Notes under the pieces: generated by a model
Databases searched by the model: none
What the model was told of the DNA's origin: nothing
Seen by the model: the letters and a program-made list of their open reading frames with translations, nothing else
Assembly (NCBI RefSeq): GCF_018350175.1
Contig: NC_058368.1
Span: 125,614,001 to 125,678,000, forward strand
DNA length: 64,000 nucleotides
Source of the DNA: Felis catus
Lineage: Eukaryota
Reading direction: 5' to 3'
Position numbers and translations under genes: made by a program
Shown here: in pieces, positions 37,598-50,454 of the stretch
How positions within the stretch are numbered: the stretch's first letter is position 1
How the letters are laid out: every line of letters begins with the position of its first letter

Positions 37598-37680
37598 CAT
37601 TAGGTTGAATTATGTAAAATTGAGGATATTTAGCAGTTATGATCTGGAAAGACAGCAATTTCAAATGGTTCTATCTAATA
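37598..37680. mobile_element. MADE2-like mariner MITE
   Basis: ~80 bp imperfect palindrome ATTAGGTTGAATTATGTAAAATTG...CAATTTCAAATGGTTCTATCTAAT. Confidence 0.75.
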
Positions 37681-37709
37681 ATATATGTTTATATATTTTA
37701 GCATGAGGA

Positions 37710-38180
37710 CATGGTATATCACAGAGGGAGAAAGCTTTGACTTTGAAATCAGCCAGACCTGAGTTCAAATCCCAGTTCTACTGGCTATGTGATTTCTGAT
37801 TACTCAGCCTCAGTTGGCTTCAGTTTTCTCATATATGAAATTGTGATTGACAGGACCTGTCTTATTTTTTTTTATTAAAATTTTTTGATGTTTATCCATT
37901 TTTGAGAGACAGAGAGAGACAGAATGCGAGTGCGGGAGGGACAGAGAGAGGGAGACAGAATCTGAAGCAGGCTTCAGGTTCTGAGCTGTCAGCAGAGAGC
38001 CCAACACGGGGCTCGAAGTCAGAACTATGAGATCATGACCTGAGCCGAAGTAAGACGCTTAACTGACTGAACAACCCAAGTGCCCTGACAGTACCTCTTA
38101 TAATTTTTTAAATATCAAATGAGATCACGTATATAAAATACTTATCATGATAATAGGCACATAGTGAGCGCTCAATAATT
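37710..38180 (+). mobile_element. MIR split by a SINE
   Basis: GACTTTGAAATCAGCCAGACCTGAGTTCAAATCCCAGTTCT...; resumes AAATGAGATCACGTATATAAAATACTT...GGCACATAGTGAGCGCTCAATAA. Confidence 0.75.
37865..38085 (-). mobile_element. Can-SINE
   Basis: Full reverse body; TSD TGACAGGACCTGTCTTA / TGACAGTACCTCTTA. Confidence 0.92.
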
Positions 38181-38624
38181 CACAATCATTGGCCTCATTA
38201 AACAAAGTTTTTGACACAGAGTGCATCATTGAAAAAATAAGAGGGCTTTTCTGGTGACCTAAAGTGTGGGGACCACTGGATTCAAGAACATCTAAGATAC
38301 ATTTTCACTCATATGTACATATTTAAGTACTCAAGGTGGTAAAATCCATGAATCATTATCATTCTCACTGATTCATTCTGCCATAATTTCTTATGCTTTG
38401 GGCTAAGGTAGCTTTGAAATTGAAGATGCTAGATGTTCAGGTACCAGAAGTGTTTGAGGAAAGTTTAGTACCCTTCAGGGCGCAAGGATCTGTGATCCTC
38501 ACTCCACACCTGTAAGACACTTTCCCTTGGCTACGATAAAAAGGAATAAATGTACAACCAGGGATAAAACTAACATATTGTGTGTATATGTGCATATGTG
38601 AGTGTCAAGTCTAAGGATTCTTTA

Positions 38625-39935
38625 CCTAGCCCTAAGGGGTCATGAAAATTGGTGATATTTTTCCTAGTATTTTCCTAGTTTTATGTTTTATATTTAAATC
38701 CATGATCCATTCTGGGTTATTTTTTTTGTATGAGGCGTAAAGTTTCATGCTTTTGACTAGAAATGTCTAATTATTTCAGTACCATTTATTGAGAAGGTTA
38801 ATGATTTATACGTACCTTGGTCATAAATTAATTGAGCATATTCGCTTGGATATAATTCTGATTTCTCTATTCTGTTCCACTGAACTATTCATCTTTCCCT
38901 CCACTAGTTCCATATTGTCTTGATTAATGTAGCTGTATAGTAAACTGAAATGTTCACTCCCACTTTATTTTTTTTGTACAAAATTATTTTGGCTATTGTA
39001 AGTTCTTTCTATTTTGGCATACATTTCAGAATAAACTTACCTATTTATGCAAAACATCTTACAAAGATTTTGATAGAAATTGTGTTAAATTACAGAACAA
39101 TTTAAGGAGAATTGATATCTTTACTATGTTGAAACTTCTAATCTATGAACATAGTGTATTTCCCCAAGAATTTAGATCTTTAATCAACATTTTGTGATTA
39201 TCATCATCTATATTCTATATGTGTTTTAAATTGATACCTAATAATTTTATTTTATTTTATTTGGAGTGTTTGTAAATGGTTTATGTTTTTTACTTTGGTT
39301 TCCACTGTTTATTGCCAATATATAGTAGTAAAGTTAATTTTTATGTGTTGATCTTGAATTCTGTGACCCTCCTGAACCCACTTATTAGTTCTAGGATTTT
39401 TTTTTTTCTGGTAGATTCCTAGGAATTGTCTACATAGCCAATCATGTCATCTGTGAATAGAGACAATTTTATTTCTTTTTTGCCAGTAGGGATGCTTTTA
39501 ATTTATTTTTCTTGCCTATTGAAGTGACTAGAACTGCCAGTAATATGCTCAATAAGAATGGTAAAAGAAGATATCCTTGTCTTATTCCTGATCTCAGAGG
39601 GAAAGAATTCAGCATTTTACTATTATCTTTATGTTAGCTATGGGATTTTTTGTAGATGGTCTTTGTAAAATTAAGGAAGTTCTTCTCTCTTCGGTATATT
39701 GAAATTTTTTATAGTGAATAAGTTTTTAATTTTATCAAATGCTTTTTCTGAATCAATTGATATGATCATATGATTTTTCTTCTTTGTCCTATTAATGTGA
39801 TAGATAACAATAATTGATTTTTGAATATCAAACCTCCCTTGCACTTGTAGAATAAATCCCACTTGGTGTCATGTATCATTCTTTTTTATATATTGCTGTA
39901 TTTGGATTCCTAAAATTTTACTGAGAATTTATGCT
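38625..39935 (-). mobile_element. Old L1 (L1M-type) ORF2 fragment
   Basis: ORF 39671-39862 [37 protein letters not shown] is an RT motif; flanking T-rich antisense L1 text. Confidence 0.85.
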
Positions 39936-42900
39936 CTGCTTTTAAGTGACTTTTGTTTAGCTTCTTAACTTATTTTCCTGTGTAGCTTAAAGTTTGGCAC
40001 ATGCCTAAAGGCAGAAATCTCCCAAGTGGAGAGCTCACATTAGATTAGTTATCTGCCTGTAACCATAAGAGACTTTAGCTGGAAAATCATCGGAGAAAGT
40101 AACCTTAACTTTTGTGTTTCTTTAGAGCACACAAAGGGAAAATGATGTAATGAGAAAGATAAAGTGATAGTTGCAGAAACATCCCATGTACAACTTTTTC
40201 TAATTATTTATAGGCAGAGTTTAAAGATTAAATTTGAATTTATGTTGCATGTGAGACCACAGCACTCCCACAAATGGTAGCCCATAAAACCTACTTGTAC
40301 ATGAATTCATTTATGATGAACCCTGATTGCAGGTAAAGCACCGTTCCAAGAGTACCAAGTATGAAGCTTCTTTAATAATTTCCTTTATTATGTAGCCGAT
40401 GGAACTTTCCATAGCCATTGGAATGAAGACACGTACTGTATGTTTTTCTTTGATCAAATGAACCTATGTAAACACATGATCTCGTTGGGACATCAGAGGA
40501 GGATACTCAGACTCATTATTTCTTCAGTGTGTCTTGGGAGGAGAGCACTATAGGAGACAGACTTGATCTGAGCCATGTCACAAGAGTAGGGTTTTGATGG
40601 GATCTTTGTGGTCACTTTTAAGTGGAGTTCAGGCCCCCCAAAAAAGGTTGTATTTTATAATCTTCAACTAATTGTGCTGGCTTTGCCTTAGTTGTTTATA
40701 ATTCTGGGTCATAGGATTTAATAAGCCTCTGTATATGAACAGTAATTCATTTATGCAAACAAAATATCTCTTTGGAGGCTGGATGATTTACTAGGCAATT
40801 ATCTTAATTAGCCCAAGAAAATATAGGTTTTTGGGTGAATTGCTGGTCATTAAAGGAATTCTCTTACAGACTTAGAATTCATGGGAACATTTTGTTTTTA
40901 GGAGATCTGATAAAAAAGAAACCATATTTTTGCTTTTTATATGGCTGGACCTGTAGCCACACAAAGATGTAGACTTTTCATTGATAGATGTTCAATTGAT
41001 TTAGGTAATATTCTGTTTGTCCTCTGGAAAACACTGCATCATCCCTAAGCAGAAGAAGAAAAATAGCTTTGGCTTCACTCCATTTTCTAGAATAATTTTC
41101 TTCAAAGACTGATTTCAGATGACTTTGAAAGCTCTTTTCAAAGTGCTTCCTGGATATTCTCTTTAATGTTGGTGGAAATGCTGTTTGGATTGTGCCTGAC
41201 ACTTTTGTACACTGTTCACAATGCTTCTGTCATTTAATAAAATGTGTTCCAGGCTTATGTTCTTGAGATTCAATATGTTTATTACAGTTTTAATAGCATA
41301 AGCAGATTTTCTTTGTTATTTAATGACTGTCAGAAGAAGACAATTAATCCAGAGACAAAACAACAACCATGGATTAATTTAAGTTTTTCCATGGTAAGTC
41401 AATGCCTGAGTTCCTATTTATGTTTTCCTGTCTACCATCTCCTTCGATAGACAGAAAATAATGAAGTCAAACTTCCAATTTTACCAGTTGTGAAAACCAT
41501 TAGTATTCTGGAGCATCTCATTATGATAGGAGCATTTGAGCTTTCTGTACATTTAGCTCTCTTCATAAAATTCTTAATGAAGTTATTCCTGGGATCTCAT
41601 GAAATGACCATTCTTACCAATGACATTTTCTTCTTGTTTCCAGGTTGAGTGGTCTTTCAGAGACTTCCATTAAGGGCATCCAACCAAAGCATTCACCTTT
41701 CTTTCTTAAGAAGCCCAAAGTGGTTCTCTTGATTTTTAAAAGTTCTGAGGTGTTTGATTATAAATATCTATCTTCAACTGAAAGCATGGCTTTTTTTTGT
41801 GGAGTAGTGGTTGGCACTTTTATTTCACTGACAAGGGCTGTCATCAGTGGATATTTATTTAGGAGTTAGTCCTATGTAAAGCCATTGTTTTAAGTGCTAA
41901 GGAGCATATAAGTACACTGTAGGCTATTGCTTTCTATTCAGGATAATGCAATTATTTTGGATAAGTAAGCTCACATTCATCTCTACATTGGAAATTAAGT
42001 ATTACCAATCTAAGCTCTATTCAAATGACAAATAGAAACAATAATGTAATTAAAGATTAAAAACATAGAATTAAATTTATGGATTAGGCAACTTCTCCAA
42101 AATCCTCTAAGTGAGAAGATTCTTGGTAAAGCTTAACTATAGAATTAAGCTATTTCTTACCTTATATCTAAGGAAGAGTTGAGTTTTCATATCCAACAGT
42201 TGTCTAGCTAGCTGAAGGGACAATTATGACCTGTTCCACAAAATTTAAATGCTTATAAAATGAGAAATTACCCACCTTTACTTTTATAATACTGTGGTCT
42301 TATCCATGGGTTAACACAGCTCAGCAAATGTCAGACTCTCCTTGATCTTGCCAGTTAAATAAGTTCAGAGGAGTGAATGAGCAGGGGAGAGGGGAACCAG
42401 GAGCATTAATCTCTGTGCTGCTCCTTAACCTACACACGAAAAGAAGTTGCTTCTCCTCAGTGGAATAAGGAGGAATGTTGTGGCTTTGTAAATGTGTCAT
42501 TCAGGTCTCCTACTGCCCGGAATGTAGTTGAAAAACTGCTTCATCTGTTCTGCTTTGAAATTCATCATTATGTTATTATATATGTTATATATAATATATA
42601 TGTCACTAAGGCAGGCCCATTTTTGAGAGATAATTTTTGGGAGGTGATGTTTGTATCTTCCCATCCCCTATTTTTTTCACTGGCATTACCCTAGTAAATC
42701 TCTTTCAACTCTAATTCTGTGTTATTGTCTGCTTCTTAGAAGACTTGACAGATTCAAGGAGCAAAATCCATAAGCTATCCACTAACACCAAACATAAGCA
42801 CATACTGAAAGAATTTGGGGAAGTGTAATACTTGGTGAATTTGCCCATATCAAAAGCTATTCCCCAGGACTAAAACAAAAACAGAATTTTCTACAATGAT

Positions 42901-43060
42901 TTTTCAAATTAACAATCATAAATAAATGGGATTTTTAAAAAATTTCTCAATCCATTGTAGACTGCTAATTTTGTAAAATACAAGAAAAATGGATTATTAA
43001 AAAAAGAAATGAAAGACATAAAGTAGAAGCCCCAATTTTTTATTAGAATAAACAGATACA

Positions 43061-43268
43061 GGAGCACCTGAGTGTCTCAGTGGGTTAAGCATCCAACTCT
43101 TGATCTTGGCTCAGGTCATGATCTCATGGTTTGTGAGTTCAAGCCCCGCATTGGGCTCCGTGCTGAGAGTGTGGAGCCTGCTTGGGATTCCTCTCTCTCT
43201 CCCTCTTCCTGTGCCCCGCTCTTGTGCACTCACTCGCTCTCTCTCAAAATAAATAAACTTAAAAAAAT
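43061..43268 (+). mobile_element. Can-SINE
   Basis: Head, CT linker, AATAAA and A-tail; perfect TSD AATAAACAGATACA at 43047-43060 and 43269-43282. Confidence 0.94.
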
Positions 43269-43316
43269 AATAAACAGATACAAAATTACTCAGTCAAATT
43301 GCAATTCCAGTTTTTA

Positions 43317-43346
43317 TTTATTTTTTATTTTTTTATTTTTATTTTT
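43317..43346 (-). mobile_element. Orphan poly(A) insertion with TSD
   Basis: T-rich tract between TTGCAATTCCAGTTTTTA (43299-43316) and TTGCAATTCGAGTTTTTA (43347-43364). Confidence 0.7.
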
Positions 43347-45560
43347 TTGCAATTCGAGTTTTTAAATGCTTCTCCTGGTGGACTGGTAATAGTTCTCAGC
43401 ACAGGTCCATGGACCACACTTGGAGTTGTCCTGTAGTAAGGTACATGGAATTGAGTTATGTCTACTTGACAGTGGCTCAAATGGTAGAAAAGTTGAAGAT
43501 TCAAACCATTAAGTTTCTGTTTTTTGAAGCTTTGGAGTTTCCATATGATAAAGGGCTGGTTTGAGTAAGTTAATGAATTGACTGGTTTCACTGGAGGGAA
43601 ACTATCATGCTGTGGGCTTAAGAAGAAGGATGGTGGTTTAGGTTTTGGTCATAGGGAAATATCTGGCTTGTGGTTTACCACAAGAATATTTCTTAGTCTT
43701 TTAAATTTGTTCAGGGCAGATACATCAGAATCCCCACAGATTATTAGCAATTTCAGAACCTGGGGGTGGGGAACCACTTTTTCCCTGACCCTAATTCCCC
43801 CTTTCTTACCCTGGTTCCATGGGTCCCTTCATTGGAATTGGAAGCCTTGTAAAATTTTAATTCAGGGGACCCTGAGATTGAAGAGAACCCTAAGTGAATT
43901 TGTGGTAGCTTAGGAGAGCATACCCCTGCCCTACTAGTTTTGCACCAATTTTTGAAGTTTACTTGAGTGCTAAACACAATTTATACAAACATATAACTTT
44001 GGTTCTCCACCTTGTGGTTAACAAAGCTGTAAGTAGAACCATATGGAAGCTTATTGATAATTTTAAAGCAGTAGAGTGCCTTCACTGGTGCCTTGTCCTT
44101 GCAATGAAAGAAGCTGCTTTTGCTTCCTTTATGACTCTATCATTATTTTGAGTGGACTCAGCGTTTTGGAGCATGTTAAATTTTCACAATGCTTTGAAGC
44201 CATTTTTTTCTTCTGTGGAAGAGTAAAGTAATGTGTACCAACTGTCATTTCCTGCTGTATCGCTTAGCAGGCTCAAGCACTCCAAACTCATCATATCATA
44301 TTTGCCAAATGGGCAAAGCAAGAGAAATTGAGATGGAAGGAGGCGGAGGAAAGGATGGTTTACAGTGGGGGTATTTGGTTAGAAAGAAAGAAAGCTGGCA
44401 TCAAACTGTTTCCCTGCTGTGAAAAGGGGCACAGATATGGAAAGGCCGAGGTCTGCAATTCTCTTTCGATTTCTAATGTCCATAGGAGTTCACTTCTTCC
44501 TCAGCACCCTGAAGAGTTGATGGCAGCCTGGAGCTTGTAATGTACAGGGCACCATCCTGGGATTCAGAGAGCCGATCCCTGCGGAAAAGCCATTTAGTAA
44601 TGCAAGGTCAATAGGCAATTTACAACATGGACAGTCAGCTTGTTTTGAAGCCCCTGAACTTTGGTAGACCTCACCCTCTGCATGCTTTTTTTCTCCAAAT
44701 AAAAATTACACAGCTGGAGAATAACAACTTTTCCATCATGGACAAATAGCCAGTGCTATTAAGCTGCATGACAAAGTCTCTTTCTTTTATCATTTTGTTA
44801 GATGACCCTATAAAAATACATTAAACCGAATAAAAAATAATACATCTAAGCATTGCATCCTGAACATCTGAATGAATATATTTAATTTGTGGCTTCTTTC
44901 TCTTAAGCTATGACAGCAGGAGCTTGACTAGTTATTAACCTTACAGTCCTTCACTGAGGGTCTTTAGTAGAGTTATCTGTATTCAGAAAAGAAATGGCCA
45001 AAGGAGAGCAGAATAATTTGCTGGTTTGTTAACTTAGAGCATGTGTTTCATATTTAACACAGATAAATCTATAGTCTGTGGCACCCAGAAGGGATCTATT
45101 TCCAAACAAAACTAGGGTTAATGAAATAGCACAGATAATAAACAGGTCATATCCCAAAAATGTTTGGTGTGAGTCATCCTTAGTGGAATATGAGCTTTTG
45201 CCTTTACTAAAATTCAGTGTTTAAGAGACTAAACTGTGTCTGCTGTGTGTCTAAGTGTACATATTCTTTCTGCTTAAGTTTGGTTTTCTCTGTTCTCCTA
45301 TACTTAACAGGCTGGGTGGTTAAATATAAAGACTGAACAGAATTTTACAATTAACTTACAGAAAATGATGGCAAGAATAACTGATGGAAAAAGTGTCTTT
45401 GACAGTTTTATTTCTAGTCTTCCCAAATTTCTGTATAGGGAGATCAGAGGTACAGAAGAGATTGTAGTGTGCGACTGGAACCTGGGTTTAAATCATGCGT
45501 GGGCCAAGTGTCTACTTCAATAAATTTTTTCCTCTTGTCTCTTTTTCCTTCCACTATTTT

Positions 45561-45776
45561 AAAAAAAATTTTTTTTAACATTTATTCATTTTTGAGAGAC
45601 AGAGACAGATCATGAGTGGGAAAGGGGCAGAGAGAGAGGGAGACACAGAATTGAAGCAGGCTCCAGGCTCCGAGATGACAGCACAGAGCCCGACACGGGG
45701 CTCAAACTCACAAACTGTGAGATCATAACCTGAGCTGAAGTCGGATGCTCAACCGACTGAGCCACCCAGGCGCCCC
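45561..45776 (-). mobile_element. Can-SINE (young, CpGs retained)
   Basis: ...AACCGACTGAGCCACCCAGGCGCCCC; TSD CTTCCACTATTTT at 45548-45560 and 45780-45792. Confidence 0.94.
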
Positions 45777-47129
45777 TTACTTCCACTATTTTTACTCTAA
45801 ACTTGATCCCGAAGAGCACAGAGCCTAGGTTATGTGTTGTTTAGAAATTATTTTGATTCAAAGTAAATACATCTAAGTAGGAAGGATGCTTCATTTATGG
45901 CACAGTATCAATGCAGCCCCTCATACCTTCTTGCTGTACAGAGGAACCACAAGATGAAGGCTTTGAACAATACAAAAGACACCCTTCCCACAAATCTTTG
46001 CCTGATTTCATGGGGGAATTCTGGAAGTTCCTGTTGACATTTCTGACCTCATGTTCATCCCATTGAAGAGGCTTGCAAAGTGGTTCTCAGCCTCCTTGCT
46101 TTTGTACCCTCAATTGCACTACATTATGCCAATAGGGTGTGATTTGAAAAACAAGAAAGGCTTTGGGAACTGATTAAACCTGTTTGTAAAAAATCTCTCT
46201 ATCAAGTCATTGAACAGTAAAATTAAATAGGACAAGTGAGCAGGTGGTAAATGAATAAAGACTGATGTGAAAAGTGATGTTTACATAAATAGCAGCCTAA
46301 CTAATCCTTTGAAATAGGAATGTAAAGAATTTAAGATCTGCAAAACCTCAAGTTCCAGGCATTTCAAAGGCTTCTAGCGCCTTTTAACCCCTACCCCCCC
46401 ATCAGCATCCTTTAAAGTTGCAAAGAACAGGATAATTTTCCTTCTCAAGGTGAGATTTAAAACTACTCTTAGATCTTGCTCAGCATTGGAATGCATACTC
46501 TCCTTGACCCAATGCAGGAACTGTAACTCTCCAAAAAAAACAAGTTGTTTTCTTTCAGCTCTCAGAACAAAAGTCACTCACACCAAAACGTCTCTGAAGA
46601 GAATGGCTTCAGAAGGCATTTTTGAAAGTGAACAGGAACTTCCTTGAAGATAAGAAAAGGAATGGATGTGGCTTAACTCCATAAAACAGATGTGTGTGTC
46701 CCTCTCTTCTCAAGTCCCTTGCTGACCCACACCTTTTTTCAATTCTGAACACCAATCAGATTTGTTACAAGTTCATTGCAAAACTTCTCCTTGTAATGAG
46801 AATGAAGTTTTTGTGCTTTGATGTGATAAATGCTTGACAGAGATTTGCTTGGAACCTAAAATTACTGCAAGAATAGCATCAGAGTTAGCAGACAGATATC
46901 TTGGCACTCTGATTTTATATTCTGTATTTGTAAGAAAATAATTCAGAAACTAACTTGTTTTTTTTTTGGTTTTTTTTTGTTTTTTGTTTTTTTTGGCAGG
47001 AGGGTAGGGTGGGGAGCAAGAGGGTTTGTAGAAAAGAAAGGTAAATATTTGCCCTCTGTCAAATTCAAGAAGCATTCCAGGTCCTACCAGAAGTTTAATT
47101 GAAAAGAAGGAGTTAAGTAGAGAGAGGAC

Positions 47130-47330
47130 TAATTCTTCACCAACCATTTTCCCTTTCCTCTTGGCACACAGACTCCATTTCCCAGATTGCCTTGCAGCTA
47201 GTCACAACCATGTGACCAGTTCTGCCAATGGATGTGTGTGGGAATCATGTTGGCCCATATGGCCTTTCAAAATCTCACATGTTCTCTCTTCCTTTACCTG
47301 TTAGTGGGATACAAAAGATCAATTGGAAGA
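47130..47330 (+). mobile_element. MLT1I/J-like LTR fragment
   Basis: CCATTTCCCAGATTGCCTTGCAGCTAG...CCATGTGACCAGTTCTGCCAATGG. Confidence 0.6.
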
Positions 47331-47379
47331 CTCTGGGCCCCAAGAGGCTCAGGATCTGAATCTGAAGTCTAGTATTTTT

Positions 47380-47566
47380 GGGGTGCCTGGGTGGCTCAGT
47401 TGGTTAAGTGTCTGACGACTTTTGATTTCTGCTCAGGTCATGATCTTAGGGTTTGTGAGTTCAAGCCCTGTGTTAGGGTCTGTGCTGTCTCTCTCTCTCT
47501 CTTTCCCTCCCTTCCCTGCCACTTGCATTCTCTCCCTCTAAAAGTAAATAAATAAACTTAAAAAAT
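47380..47566 (+). mobile_element. Can-SINE with internal deletion
   Basis: GGGGTGCCTGGGTGGCTCAGTTGGTTAAG...TGTGCTG joined directly to (TC)n; AATAAA tail. Confidence 0.88.
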
Positions 47567-47640
47567 ATTATATTAACATTCACTGAGCAAGGTTGGGACA
47601 ATCAAGGACTGACCAAAGTCTTGTTTGGCTTTATTATTAC

Positions 47641-47776
47641 TTTTAAATTGAGACATAATTGACATGTAGCTACCTTAGTTTTCAGGTTACAATATATTGA
47701 TTTGATATTTGTACAGTGATCACCACAGTGGGTCTATTTCACATCTATTGTAGATAGTTACAAAATTAGTTTTTCG
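47641..47776 (-). mobile_element. Short old L1 3'-end fragment
   Basis: TTAAATTGAGACATAATTGACAT...TTTCAGGTTACAA...GATTTGATATTTGTA...GATCACCACAGT. Confidence 0.6.
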
Positions 47777-48923
47777 TTAAAAGATCGCCTATGTGACACA
47801 CAGTGGGTATAAGAGGAAGCACGACAGATATAGATGTAGATATGTGTATATATATTCTCTGTCCTGCTCATCTAATCTAGCTCATTTTGTGTTGCTCCCA
47901 GGGTCTTCATTTCCTAATGAACATTTTCTAAATAACTATGTGTGCCAGGGTTTGCCCTTAGAACTGGGCATTCAGAAGTCAGACCAAGCAGGTCACATAT
48001 GTGGCGGGGGAGGGGGGATTGCATCAGGTTCCCACAGGAATCTGGTGTAGTGTTCTGACTATGGTCATCCCATGGCCGAGAAGCCATACAATCTTTAGCC
48101 TGACATGACGCTGGCATTCAGGAGCGGCTCTGGGGTGGTGGGGAATAAAGGCAGCTGTTACCTGGAAAGCCCAGGCCTCAGTCTTTTAACCCCCTTAATG
48201 AGATCTTTAGCGTATCCATGTATACACATGAATTTTCTCCTCCTCAATTGTGGGAGGCCCTAATTGTACCTATTTACTTGCCATGAGGCTTGTCAGCATA
48301 ATTCAGTTTTCATTGTGGTTGCAACTGCACCTGCTGCTGTGACTGACCCTCACAGGCAACTTTGTGGAAAGCAGACTTGCTAAATCACTACTGGGTAAGT
48401 GTGATCATGGGCTTTGTAGAGCAGAGACACAAAGCTACACTCTGCCGACCCATCCTTATGTGGCAACTGTGGCAATGTCCTGCTACTGGCCATGTCATTT
48501 TCTTGTGGCTTGTTTACAGAAGGGAAAAGCAAGGGGGAGAAGTTTACTTGCTGGCTCAGCTGCTGTCAGAATGGGGGTGACAATTTCTCTTGCTCTGACT
48601 CAGAGCCTGCAAAGGAACAGAGGTCCTCTCACTGACTGTTTTTTGCAATTTCAGGGATAGTGCAGTTCTGTTTTATTGCTCCAAGTCATAACATGAATAT
48701 AATTTTTCACAGTGGCAGATAGTAGTAAAACTAAGTAAATTTAAAAGGCTAATATGTAAAAATGAAAGGCATCTTCAAACATGACTTCTTGGTTGAAAGG
48801 CCAGAGATCCGGGTCTTAGTGGAGAAAGCTATTTTCAACTTGCTATGTGTCCTGTTGTCCAGTGATTTGGAATTCTTACATCAGGCCTTGTTTCTGGACT
48901 CTATCTACTTTTTCCTGACTACA

Positions 48924-49400
48924 GTGTTCCAGGTATCTATTGCCACATAACAAACCACTTCAAAACGTAATGTCTTAGTGCAATAATTTGATATAATGTT
49001 TATGAATTGACTGTTTCTTACTTAGAGGTCTCTCATATGCTTATATTCAGTTGTTAGCTAAGACTGAAGCCATCTGAAAGCTTGACTGGGCTGAATGCCC
49101 AGATGATTTCTTTGCTCCCATGTCTGGTGCCTGGGCTAGGATGACCCCACAGTGAGTTTTGCTGGAACTGTTGACCCGAGTGCCTACATGTGTTCTCCCC
49201 AGCATCATGGTTTCTGGGCTGCTCAGACTCCTTACGTGGAAGCTTGGCACTCCAGGAAGAAGCTACAAAGTTTCTTTTGATTAAACCTCAGAAGTCATGC
49301 ATCATGACTTCTTATACATTCTATTAAGTAAGTCCCAGAGCCAGCCCAGCTTGCAGAGAAGGGGCCTGAGATGTAGTTCATTGGGAGGTAGTTTTGTAGT
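48924..49400 (-). mobile_element. MLT1G/H-like MaLR LTR
   Basis: TATCTATTGCCACATAACAAACCACTTCAAAAC...CATCTGAAAGCTTGACTGGGCTG...CCTCAGAAGTCATG. Confidence 0.75.
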
Positions 49401-50454
49401 ATTTTGTATGAAACTGAAGAAGAGGTGACGGATGATAAAATCCCCAGATCTTATAGTCACTGTGCTGATGATGAGGGTCATTTAATGTAAAGTGCTCAAT
49501 CCTAACAGGACTGACTAAACTTTATCTGCCAATGTCATGAACTTTACTGTATCTGCTTGAGTCTCTACTTTCTGGGAAAGCAGACAATTTACTCTGACTT
49601 GTAAAATTTTATCCATACTTTCCTGGGCAGCTTTCTCAGCAACAACAAAATCCACACTTGATCATTTTGTCACTTATAATAAAGATGTAGGGAGAGAATC
49701 ATGATTTCTCATGGCTGTCTCACTTACTATAGATTTGGGTTCATCATTTTGTCAATCAACAAATGTTAGGAAGGGCCTCCATGTGGTAAGTAGCCCCTCT
49801 GTGTGGTGCGTGGGAGGGAGGAAGGACTCTAACGCATGGTTTCTGTCTTTGAGGAACAGTCAGTTCTGAAATCAGAACAAAGAAGTGAGGTTTGTGCCTT
49901 AAAAGTAAGGTTACAGACTAAAGTTTAGTTGAGAAAGCATTGAAGATAGGGGAAAATAAAGAGCATAAGAAATTGCTAAGTACAGTTTCTGTGGGTTTTC
50001 TGGCTGTCTAATCATTCTTTATCCTTTCAACTATATAGAACTTTGGGTTTGAGAGTAGAGATAAGCTTATGGATATTTTCTTTCCAGTAGTTGCTGTTTC
50101 TGGCACTTGGGATAAATTTAGGATTAAGCATTTATCTTCTATATCTTCATTTATAATCAAGTTGGGTTTTGGTGTGTAGCCAATGTATACTTAAAAATTG
50201 ATGCCTGGAAGAAAATAACTTAATTTAATATTAAAATGACTTATTCCATGTTGATGGTTGTTGATAGAACACAAGACATTCTCTGCCCAAAGGGACAGAG
50301 AGGTTGGAAGTGCCCAGAATTGTTAATCAATAACTGAACTAAAAGAGAATTAAATTTTTGCAGTGATGAGTATTAGTCTCTTGGGTCACAAAAATAAGAA
50401 TTAGTTTTGCCTAGAAGGGAGTCATAGTTTACTGAAGAAAGCAACATATATACA

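Larger units (their letters stand above)
37396..38278. mobile_element. Probable hAT-Charlie element hosting MADE2, a MIR and a SINE
   Basis: Degenerate TIRs TGGTGGTTCCCAACC / GTGTGGGGACCACTG. Confidence 0.4.
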
